A stretch of DNA of 37,378 nt from Prevotellaceae bacterium (GTDB taxonomy: Bacteria > Bacteroidota > Bacteroidia > Bacteroidales > Bacteroidaceae). Positions 16,940-25,920 of this stretch are shown here, one piece after another. The translations under genes were made by a program, and so were the position numbers. The DNA is taken from NCBI GenBank assembly GCA_030536165.1, contig JAUNQM010000001.1, positions 251 through 37,628 of the forward strand. The letters run 5' to 3'. Each line of letters starts with the position of its first letter. Position 1 is the stretch's first letter. The notes under the pieces were generated by a model. That model did no database searches, had not been told where the DNA came from, and was given only the letters and a program-made list of their open reading frames with translations.

Positions 16940-19900
16940 TTTTTCGCCTTGTTATAGTCCTTGTTCACTATCTTTACGACGAAGTCAGAGTGTATGTCAG
17001 AGCAGACAATCTCGTCGTGAGTGCCTGGCAGGTCGTAAATCTTCAGGTTAGAACACTTCGACCGCCAGAAGTTTTTGTTTTCCTCTATGTCATGTCCCTC
17101 GCATATCGATGCAGCAAACAATACTGAATATCCGTCATAAGTAGGTATGACAGTATCCTTCGAAATCATACGCACGAAGCGCAGACGGTTCTTGAGGAAC
17201 TCAGGCAGGTCATCGTAGTTCAGTCCGTGTTCGTCAACTTCATCATACTCGTATGATTCCTTGAAAGTAACTTCAGGCCATGAATCGAGCATATATACCA
17301 ACGGATGACAACCTTCTGCATCATCCATAAGACGTGCCATCATCAGTGCGATTACTCCACCGAGACAGTAGCCAATGTATGCGAAAGGATGCACATCATC
17401 AGGCAAGTACAAGCCGATGATGTCATGGTAGAGTCCGACAATCTCGTTGAGTGAGTCTTCCGAGAACCCATACTCGGCAAAGTCGAATGTAGGCCAGAAG
17501 ATAAGCACGTTGAACGTCTTCGACAGTTCGTTCATCCTATATGTAAGATATTCCTGTGGCACCATACCGCAGATAGATACGATGACAGGCTTCGACTCAT
17601 CGTAAGGCATGTGCCAGTAGGCAAACGATTGCTGACCTGTGACGAGTTCACGTATGGTGCGCTTATTGATGAGGTCTTCTTTCGAGATATGTATTCCAGC
17701 ATCTTCGGAAGCTTTTATAAAGTCATCAACAAATGTGAAATTGTTTGCAATCGTGACAATATCGTGTACGACACTAATGTGGTCGTTACCAAGTAAGTCG
17801 CTTGCTATGTCAAGGAGTTTAGACTCAGTCTCGGAAGAAGGCGCAGTAGGGAGTTTGTTCTGTTCGCTCTCAATGAGTTGCTGAACGATGCGACGCGCTG
17901 TCTTTCCTTCGGTAATTGCACGGACAGTCAGCCACTTCAACCCTGACTGGAACTGAAGTTTGAGTGCTGCAAGCGATGTGCCGCCGAGGCGGAAGAAGTC
18001 GTCGTCGATACCTATTCGCTCCATCTGTAACACGACAGCCATAGCATCGCAGATGGCTTTTTCGGTCTCACTGCGAGGTGCTACATATTCCGTCTGCTTG
18101 ATGTCAGGCAATGGCAAAGCCTTGCGGTCAATCTTTCCGTTAGCATTGTAAGGCATGGCATCAAGCATGACGAATGCCTCTGGAATCATGAAGTGTGGCA
18201 GCGAGGATGATTCAAGAATGTTGCGCAACTGTTCTTCTTCAATGTTAACACCTTCGTTTACAGTATAGTAAAGCACCAGATGCTGCATTCCCGCAATATC
18301 CTTGACTACGGCAGCAACCTGATTGATGCCTTCGATAGCAAGAACCTGATTCTCTATCTCTCCGAGTTCGATACGCAATCCGCGCAGCTTCACCTGATTG
18401 TCGATACGTCCGAGGAACTCGATATTTCCATCTTCCGACCATCGCACAAGGTCGCCAGTGCGGTAAGCCTTCTTGCCATTGAAAGTGATAAACTTCTCTG
18501 CCGTAATGTCAGGGCGGTTGAGATATTCACGTCCAACACCAATGCCAGCAACAACAAGTTCGCCAGGCACACCACGTGGAACAAGTTGCATATTAGCATC
18601 AACCACATAGAGCTGATAGTTGTAGAGAGGGCGGCCTATGATTGACGTCTTACCATCGTAGTCGCCTTCCACCTTGAAGCAGGTAGAGTAGAGTGAGCAC
18701 TCGGTAGGACCGTAGCCGTTGTATATCGGATACGAAGCCTTCTTTGTCGGAGGCATCTTCTCGCCGCCAATCGTCATTGCCCTGAGATTGTTGTCAGGGA
18801 ACAGCGATGCTATCTGGCAGCCAATCTGAGTGGTGAAGAAGGCTACGGTTATGCCATTGTCGTTGATGTAGTTGTTAAGAGCATTGAAGTCCATACGCAC
18901 ACCCTCGGTAAGTATATGCAGTGTCGCACCCGAGAGCAGCGTAGGATATATGTCAATCATGTGGGCATCGAAACCGAAATTCGCGTATCCAGCAACCACG
19001 TCCGTCTCGTTCATCTGCAGCATATCCTTGTACCAGTGAGCATAGTTCACTATGCCATGATGTTCAAGCACGCATCCCTTAGGCATACCAGTAGAACCAG
19101 AGGTAAAGAGGATGACTGCTGCATCATTGGTCTTTGTGGTAACATTGAATCGACCCTCAAGTGCTGGCAAGGAATCCATATCGCGGTCGGAGACTATAAT
19201 GCCATCAAACTGTGGAAGAATGTTATTAGCAAGTTGCCCATGAGTAAGGATTACCTTTACGCCTGCATCCTTGCACATAAACATCAATCGGTCTTCAGGG
19301 AACTTGTTGTCGAGCGGCATATACGCACCGCCAGCCTTCATCACTGCCATTGAGTAGATGAGAATAAGTTCCGAACGGTTTATCATCAATCCTACCGCAC
19401 TCTCCCTGCCTACTCCAAGCGACTGGAGATAAGCAGCCAGACGGTCTGACAAATCATCCACCTCACGATAAGTATATTGACGTCCGTTGCAAACCACACA
19501 CACAGCATCAGGTGTCATGTCTGCCTGATGGCGCAACACATCGACCATCGTGTCGCTGTAGTCATATTCAAACTTCTCACCGCAACCGAGCGTCATAAGT
19601 TCCTCGACAGCTGCATCTGGCACAAGCTTCAGCATCGAGAGCTTAACGTCGCCCTGCTCTGCTATGTTCTTCAGCAATTCGTGCATCGTGTCGAGCACTT
19701 GCTTAATCTCATGTGCACGATACATAGAAGTGTCGTAACTCATGTTGAAACGCATCTTGGTCTTGGCATCGTTTATGCTCACACTGAAACTGAGTTCCGT
19801 GAACACTTCCTCGTTATAGTCATCGCCCGTAATCTTGAGTGCTACAGGCTCATCACCCTTCTTGTCGTCGTCAGGATAATTCTCAAAAGCCATGACCGAC

Positions 19901-22900
19901 TGGAACAACTCTGACTGTAACGACGTCTGGGCTATAATCTCCGACAACGGACAATAGTCGTGTTCATTCGTCTCGGCAGCCTGTGCCTGCACCTTCTTCA
20001 AGGCTTCCACCACCGTGTCGTTATAGTCGAACCGCACACGCACTGGAACTGAGTTGATGCAAAGTCCAACCACGCTGCTCAGGTTCACCGACGAGGTGTT
20101 ACGCCCCGATACCACCTTCACAAACACCGCATCCTGCGTGCGGTTATATACACCAAGCGTCATGCCCCATACCAGTTCCACGACTGAATTGAGCGTCACG
20201 CCTGCTTTCTCGCTGACGGCAACAAGCCCACTCATCACCTCTGGCTCAATGTCGAGAAGGGCATAGGCATCGTCGCTGCGTTCATCTTCCGCCACTACTC
20301 CCTGTGAAGGAACCACTGCCTTCTGCTCATAGTCGGCCAGCAACTCCCTCCAGTAGTCCATCGATGCCGAGCGGTTGCGCTTCGCAAGTTCGCGCACGTG
20401 CTGCTCATACACTCCAGCATTCTCATCCTCGATAGTGTCGATACTGATATTCGCTCCGTTCACAAGTCCGTCCGTGAGGTCGGCAAACACAAGATGCAGG
20501 CACCAGCCGTCGATGATGATATGGTGGAAGAACAGCATCAGCTTGCACGAGCCCTCGCCCGTCTTCACGCAGACTATGCGCATCAGCGCATCATCCTGAA
20601 GGTCGAAGCCTCGCTCGGTCTCTCTCTCGCGTACATTATCTATAAATGCATTCATGTCGTCAGCCTTCGTAGCATCTTCCATGATGACTGGTATCGTTCG
20701 GTCGGTCAATGCCTGGCGATAACTGCTCACGTCCTTATATATGAACGCCGTGGTGAGCACCTCGTGTCTGCCTGCCAGCACCCGTGCCGCCTTCTCCACC
20801 TGTTCCCTCGTCAGCAGGGCATCCACGTTCAGCTGATAGAAAATCCTGTAAGCCGCCGTGTCAGGCTCTGCCATCACCTTCAGCAGCATGCTCTCCTGCA
20901 TCGGCGTGAGCGGATAGATCCTGCGGATGCCGACTCCCTGTCGGCGCAGGGTGGCTTGCACTCTCTGGAACTCTTCGTCGCTCCATGCCGTCTCGCCCAG
21001 GTCGGAGGCTGTGACCTCTGCCTCTGCCACCTGCGAGGTGTGCTCAACAATCTTGCGTAACTCGTCCAAGTAGTATTCGTTCAGCCTGCCTATATCCTCG
21101 GCGGTGAACAGGGCTTTGTTGTAGAACACTCCATATTGCAACCTCCCCTCACTCACATATCCGTTGATAGAGATGTTTGTCACCATCGCATTGCGCACCG
21201 ACACGCCCGAACCGTGGGCAACACCTTCCTCAATAGCAAAGAAACCACCTTCCTCCATTCCCTGACCTTCATCGAAATTACCGTGATAGTTAAACCCCAC
21301 CATCGGCGCCTTGTGGTAGTCCATGCCAAAGAGCTGACCATAGCCTACTCCCTTGTTCGGTATGGCATGCAGTGTTTCCTTCGTTCGACGGATGTCGCTA
21401 CGCATATCACCGCCAAGACGGCTGAGTACAAGTGGGAACACTGAAGTGAACCAACCCACCGTGCGGTCTATCTCCAATGGCTCGTTGATGCTCTCCCTGC
21501 CATGACCCTCAAGCTGCACGGAGACATCTTCCCTCCCCGTCAACCGATAATATGCTCTGCCTAAGGCTGTGAGAAGTAGGTCGTTGATTTCCGTGTTGTA
21601 TGCCTGATTCGAGTTGTGGAGCAGTTTGTCTGTAGTGTCCTTATCAAGAGCCGCACTCGCAAAATCGAACTGGCGTGTGTAATCATCCACCTGCGAACCT
21701 TCCATGTCTTGCAGCTGAATTCTTACGTTTGTCCAGTAGTCTTTTTCAAGTCCAAGTTCGTAGCTCTGCTTATACCGCGCCATTGCCTCGGTATAATATT
21801 TATATGAATGAGTCTTTGCAGGAAGTTTAGGTTGCTTGCCTTTCAAGATTTCTGAATAGGCTATGTTGAAGTCTTCGACAATGATTCGCCACGATACTCC
21901 GTCAACCACCAAGTGGTGGATAATGATAAGCACATAGTCACATTCTTCGGCGTGGAAGACAGCAATACGCATCATATTGCCATTCTCTATGTCGAGTGTT
22001 GCCTGAAGGGTTGTGCCTATTTCGAGGATTTCATCCTTGTCGTCAACATTATATTCATATATATCATAGTATGCACAGCCGTTCTCATATTCTCGCACAT
22101 TAAGTCGGTTTTCTTTCACCTGTGCACGCAGCACGTCATGGTGTCTTACTATTTCGTCTGCACATGCTTTCAGTGTATTCATATCTATGCGGTCAGCACA
22201 GCGAAGCATTGTGTCTTGGTTGAAGTGCCAAGGCTCTGGCATATTCAGGTCGAAGAAATACTGCACAATAGCACTATTCTCTATTTCCCCGCTCCAGTTG
22301 TCTTGGTCTATCTTCATACTCTCATCGGTCTCGGTAGCTGCCGCTGCAATAGCCGCAACAGTCTTGAGGCTCATAATTTGAGCCACCTTGAGCGAGATAC
22401 CTTCTTGTCGCAGCATGCTGACCAGTCGGATTGCCTTGATGGAGTCGCCGCCGAGTGAGAAGAAGTTGTCGAGCACGCTGACAGGTGTTGTGAGGTTGAG
22501 CACATTGCTGAAGTATTGTGCCACAATCTTTTCTGCATCGGTCGTAGGCTCAACGAACTCCACTTCGCTGGCAATGACTGGCAGAGGGAGAGCTTTTCGG
22601 TTCACCTTTCCATTAGGAGTGAGAGGCAACTTATCGAGAGGAATGTATTGCGACGGCACCATAAATTCAGTGAGGTTTTCACCGAGATATGCCTTCAAAG
22701 CCTCTTCGTCGATAGCGGCATCTGCCACATAGTAGCAGCAGAGATGCTGGGCGCCATTCACTTCTTTGACATCGACAACAACCTGACGTACCCCATCGTA
22801 TTTTGCTGCCACAGCTTCAATTTCTCCGAGTTCGATACGAAGTCCACGCAGTTTCACCTGATTGTCGATACGTCCGAGGAATTCGATGTTGCCATCTTCC

Positions 22901-25578
22901 GTCCATCGCACGAGGTCGCCTGTGCGGTATGCTTTATGTCCGTCGATGGTGATGAACTTCTCGGCTGTTGTGTCAGGGCGGTTGAGATATTCCCGTCCAA
23001 CGCCGATGCCGCTTACCACCAGTTCGCCTGGCACGCCGCGCGGCACGAGGTTCATCGATGTGTCAACAATGTAGAGCTGGTAGTTGTCGAGAGGTCGTCC
23101 GATGACAGACCTGTCGGCAGAGAAGAAGGCTTCGTTTATCTTGTAGTAGGTAGAGAACAGCGAGCACTCCGTAGGGCCATACACATTATAGAAGCCATAG
23201 GCTGGTGTCTTCACAGGTGGCATCTTCTCTCCACCAGTGGCTACGGTGCGGAACGACTTATTGTCGAAGAGGGTTACCATCTGGCAACCTATCTGTGTGG
23301 TGAAGAAAGCCGTGGTGAGACCATTTGCCTCGATATAGTCGTTCATAGCCACCAAGTCCATACGCAGTTCTTCTGGCAGGATATGTACGGTACCGCCAGC
23401 GAGAAGGGTTGGATAGATGTCTATCATGTGGGCATCGAAACCGAAGTTAGCATATCCCACGCTTCGGCTCGTTGTGTCCATCTTCATCTCCTTTGCATAC
23501 CAATGGGCAAAGTTGACGATGCCGTGATGCTCGAGCACGCATCCCTTAGGCTTGCCGGTAGAGCCTGACGTAAAGAGGATGACGGCAGCATCGTCGGTCG
23601 TTGTCTCCACGACGAACGGAACGGCACAATCGGCAAGCGTTGTCAGTTGTTCAGACTGGAACACATTGCCCTCGAAGTGTGGCATGACGTTTTTCACCAG
23701 TTCGCCCTCCGTCAATATGAGTTTCACTCCAGCGTCCTCGCACATAAATGTGAGTCGGTCTTCAGGGAAATGAGGGTCGAGCGGCATGTAGGCGGCTCCT
23801 GCCTTCATGATAGCCATAGGATAGACGAGCATGAGTTCTGAGCGCTCTATCATCACGCCCACAGCCTGACCTCTGCCAACGCCGATGGTCTTGAGATGAT
23901 ATGCCAGGCGGTCGGTGATGTTGTCAACCTCGGCGTAGGTAAGCCGATGGTCTTTATATACTATAGCCGTAGCATCGGGGGTGATGGCTGTCTGCTGACG
24001 GAGAATATCGACCATTGTCGATGAGAAGTCGTAGTCGAGGCTATCGCCACATCCGAGAGCCTTCAGTACCTCTGCCTCATGACTGCCGACGAGGGTGATG
24101 CGGTTGAGAGTCGTGTCGTGCTCACACACCTGCGTTGCTATTGTGGCGTAGGCATTGATGAGACGGTTGATGTCAACGGCATTGTAGAGATTGGTGTCGT
24201 AGTCGATGTTAATCTCATATTTATCATTGCCCAGAGCCTCGACCTCGATGGTGATAGGGGTCTTGGTGGTGTCGAGTGAGAGAGATATGTTTTCTGATTT
24301 CACATTGCTTTCGGCTTCCTCCATGCCAGCACCGTCCTGATAGGCAAAGAGAATCTCAGGGCGCACACCATGACGCTCAACCATAGTGGTGAACGGATAG
24401 AAGTCGCGTTCTGCCACGTTGATATACTGCAAATGAGCTTTCTTGGCATAGTCGGCGAAAGACTCCGTCGCCATATTCGCACTCGTGAGGGTGCTTGTCA
24501 CAGGTAGTGTCTTGACAAACATACCCATGATGTCCATCATATCCATCGAGTTGCGTCCGTGGGAAATGGTGGTGTACATCACGTCGTCCTCGCGCGTCAC
24601 CTTGTGCAAGAGTAACGACAGGGCTGCGATGAAGAAGCTGTTTGGCGTGATGGTATGCTGACGGCAGTAGTCGCTTACAGCAATGTTGAGATTCTTGCGC
24701 ATGGTCTGGCTCTGCGTCTTCGACTCGTCAAGTTCTGGCGAGTGAGGGTACGACGTGGCAGTCTGACCGCTGAGCATTGAGTCGAAGAACACCTCAGCCT
24801 CGGCAAACTGTTCGCCCTGCTGGCGTGCAGATTCCTCGATTGAGAAGTCGTATGCAGTATAGGTCTCCTTCTGTATGGCGTTTCCCTCGTAGGCATCTTG
24901 AAGCTGCGACGAGAATATGCCCATCGATGCTCCGTCGAAGATGATGTGGTGTATATCTCGGAAAAGATATACCGCAGTTGGTGTCTGACAGACTACGATT
25001 CGATACAAGTTATCGTTGAACAGGTCGAATGGTTGCACCATTGCCTGGAAGAAACCTTTGTCGGGTTCCACCTTGAGGGTCTTGACTTCGACGACGGTCT
25101 CGGCATCATCCCTACGATGTTGCATCACTCCGTCGGCAGTCTCCTCCAGTCGCATCTTCAGGTATGGATGCGCATCAACAACGGTATGAAGGGCGCTGAC
25201 GAGCCTTTCCGCATCGATGCCCTCATAGCGTGTGAGGGTCGGGATGTTATACTGCGTGGTGTCGCGATTCAGTTCCCAGTCGGCATAGATGCCCAATTGG
25301 TTACCCGTGAGAGGGTAGTATTCCTGTTCGGTTTTAGGCTCTACGACTCCGAGTGAGGCAATGAAATCCTCCTGCGAGAAGTTGATCTCTCCGTCTTCGT
25401 CGCGGAAATAACCGTCGCCGAGGAGGTTCTCGTAGAGGGTTACGAGATTGTCCGTGTCGTTGAGCGACTCGTCAAAGTCCTCGAAGAGGAAGTTGATGCT
25501 GCCATCTTCATCCTTGAAGTAACCATCGTTGAGAAGGTTATCATAAAGGTTTCTTCTGTTTTGCTGTAGTTCTGTCAT
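16936..25578 (-). CDS. Non-ribosomal peptide synthetase 2: N-repeat-C-A-T-E-C-A-T-(pseudo-T)-TE
   Basis: C domains HHIIFDG and HHIIIDGWC; two A domains FTSGSTG(K/M)PKG/YGPTE; T domains LGGDSI and LGGTSL; E domain HHLVVDGVSW/EGHGRE/RTVGWFT; TE GYCLGG..PGTH. Start placed at ATG 25578 (MTELQQN) because it aligns with the NRPS1 N-terminus. Confidence 0.95.
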   Translation of the reverse strand: MTELQQNRRNLYDNLLNDGYFKDEDGSINFLFEDFDESLNDTDNLVTLYENLLGDGYFRDEDGEINFSQEDFIASLGVVEPKTEQEYYPLTGNQLGIYADWELNRDTTQYNIPTLTRYEGIDAERLVSALHTVVDAHPYLKMRLEETADGVMQHRRDDAETVVEVKTLKVEPDKGFFQAMVQPFDLFNDNLYRIVVCQTPTAVYLFRDIHHIIFDGASMGIFSSQLQDAYEGNAIQKETYTAYDFSIEESARQQGEQFAEAEVFFDSMLSGQTATSYPHSPELDESKTQSQTMRKNLNIAVSDYCRQHTITPNSFFIAALSLLLHKVTREDDVMYTTISHGRNSMDMMDIMGMFVKTLPVTSTLTSANMATESFADYAKKAHLQYINVAERDFYPFTTMVERHGVRPEILFAYQDGAGMEEAESNVKSENISLSLDTTKTPITIEVEALGNDKYEINIDYDTNLYNAVDINRLINAYATIATQVCEHDTTLNRITLVGSHEAEVLKALGCGDSLDYDFSSTMVDILRQQTAITPDATAIVYKDHRLTYAEVDNITDRLAYHLKTIGVGRGQAVGVMIERSELMLVYPMAIMKAGAAYMPLDPHFPEDRLTFMCEDAGVKLILTEGELVKNVMPHFEGNVFQSEQLTTLADCAVPFVVETTTDDAAVILFTSGSTGKPKGCVLEHHGIVNFAHWYAKEMKMDTTSRSVGYANFGFDAHMIDIYPTLLAGGTVHILPEELRMDLVAMNDYIEANGLTTAFFTTQIGCQMVTLFDNKSFRTVATGGEKMPPVKTPAYGFYNVYGPTECSLFSTYYKINEAFFSADRSVIGRPLDNYQLYIVDTSMNLVPRGVPGELVVSGIGVGREYLNRPDTTAEKFITIDGHKAYRTGDLVRWTEDGNIEFLGRIDNQVKLRGLRIELGEIEAVAAKYDGVRQVVVDVKEVNGAQHLCCYYVADAAIDEEALKAYLGENLTEFMVPSQYIPLDKLPLTPNGKVNRKALPLPVIASEVEFVEPTTDAEKIVAQYFSNVLNLTTPVSVLDNFFSLGGDSIKAIRLVSMLRQEGISLKVAQIMSLKTVAAIAAAATETDESMKIDQDNWSGEIENSAIVQYFFDLNMPEPWHFNQDTMLRCADRIDMNTLKACADEIVRHHDVLRAQVKENRLNVREYENGCAYYDIYEYNVDDKDEILEIGTTLQATLDIENGNMMRIAVFHAEECDYVLIIIHHLVVDGVSWRIIVEDFNIAYSEILKGKQPKLPAKTHSYKYYTEAMARYKQSYELGLEKDYWTNVRIQLQDMEGSQVDDYTRQFDFASAALDKDTTDKLLHNSNQAYNTEINDLLLTALGRAYYRLTGREDVSVQLEGHGRESINEPLEIDRTVGWFTSVFPLVLSRLGGDMRSDIRRTKETLHAIPNKGVGYGQLFGMDYHKAPMVGFNYHGNFDEGQGMEEGGFFAIEEGVAHGSGVSVRNAMVTNISINGYVSEGRLQYGVFYNKALFTAEDIGRLNEYYLDELRKIVEHTSQVAEAEVTASDLGETAWSDEEFQRVQATLRRQGVGIRRIYPLTPMQESMLLKVMAEPDTAAYRIFYQLNVDALLTREQVEKAARVLAGRHEVLTTAFIYKDVSSYRQALTDRTIPVIMEDATKADDMNAFIDNVRERETERGFDLQDDALMRIVCVKTGEGSCKLMLFFHHIIIDGWCLHLVFADLTDGLVNGANISIDTIEDENAGVYEQHVRELAKRNRSASMDYWRELLADYEQKAVVPSQGVVAEDERSDDAYALLDIEPEVMSGLVAVSEKAGVTLNSVVELVWGMTLGVYNRTQDAVFVKVVSGRNTSSVNLSSVVGLCINSVPVRVRFDYNDTVVEALKKVQAQAAETNEHDYCPLSEIIAQTSLQSELFQSVMAFENYPDDDKKGDEPVALKITGDDYNEEVFTELSFSVSINDAKTKMRFNMSYDTSMYRAHEIKQVLDTMHELLKNIAEQGDVKLSMLKLVPDAAVEELMTLGCGEKFEYDYSDTMVDVLRHQADMTPDAVCVVCNGRQYTYREVDDLSDRLAAYLQSLGVGRESAVGLMINRSELILIYSMAVMKAGGAYMPLDNKFPEDRLMFMCKDAGVKVILTHGQLANNILPQFDGIIVSDRDMDSLPALEGRFNVTTKTNDAAVILFTSGSTGMPKGCVLEHHGIVNYAHWYKDMLQMNETDVVAGYANFGFDAHMIDIYPTLLSGATLHILTEGVRMDFNALNNYINDNGITVAFFTTQIGCQIASLFPDNNLRAMTIGGEKMPPTKKASYPIYNGYGPTECSLYSTCFKVEGDYDGKTSIIGRPLYNYQLYVVDANMQLVPRGVPGELVVAGIGVGREYLNRPDITAEKFITFNGKKAYRTGDLVRWSEDGNIEFLGRIDNQVKLRGLRIELGEIENQVLAIEGINQVAAVVKDIAGMQHLVLYYTVNEGVNIEEEQLRNILESSSLPHFMIPEAFVMLDAMPYNANGKIDRKALPLPDIKQTEYVAPRSETEKAICDAMAVVLQMERIGIDDDFFRLGGTSLAALKLQFQSGLKWLTVRAITEGKTARRIVQQLIESEQNKLPTAPSSETESKLLDIASDLLGNDHISVVHDIVTIANNFTFVDDFIKASEDAGIHISKEDLINKRTIRELVTGQQSFAYWHMPYDESKPVIVSICGMVPQEYLTYRMNELSKTFNVLIFWPTFDFAEYGFSEDSLNEIVGLYHDIIGLYLPDDVHPFAYIGYCLGGVIALMMARLMDDAEGCHPLVYMLDSWPEVTFKESYEYDEVDEHGLNYDDLPEFLKNRLRFVRMISKDTVIPTYDGYSVLFAASICEGHDIEENKNFWRSKCSNLKIYDLPGTHDEIVCSDIHSDFVVKIVNKDYNKAKK

Positions 25579-25682
25579 ACTGCTATTATGTTCTGTTATT
25601 GTTGGTTCTCCATGCTGTTGAGGCTCGCCCCAAATTGTAAATTGTAAATGGTAAATGGTACATGTATTGGTCCTCCGACTAT

Positions 25683-25876
25683 GACTCATCGTATATCATC
25701 AATCGAGTCGTCGTATTGCCTTACTTTACACGTCCGTTTAACTCGGAAAAAGTTTTGCAAAACTTCAGTCAAAGTTTTGCAAAACTTCCGTCGAAGTTTT
25801 TCAAAACTTTTTGCGAGTATTAACGACGTGTGAAGCGACGACTAACGACGAGTGTTGTGTCGCATATTGACGAGTC
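25683..25876. repeat. Inverted-repeat cassette with 3 x AAGTTTTGCAAAACTT palindromes at 22-bp period
   Basis: Units at 25750, 25772 and 25794 (third has one mismatch). Arms CTTTACACGTCCGTTTAACTCGGAAA / TTTGCGAGTATTAACGACGTGTGAAG, plus outer AGTCGTCG/CGACGACT. Confidence 0.85.
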
Positions 25877-25920
25877 GATAATTTTTATGGTTCAAGCTTC
25901 TGCCCTGATACGCCCAAAGC

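Noticed and set aside
25579-25689. N-terminal extension of NRPS2 given by the ORF track (MSHSRRT...)
   Set aside because: It runs through a heptamer repeat and the palindrome cassette arm; alignment with NRPS1 supports ATG 25578 as the start.
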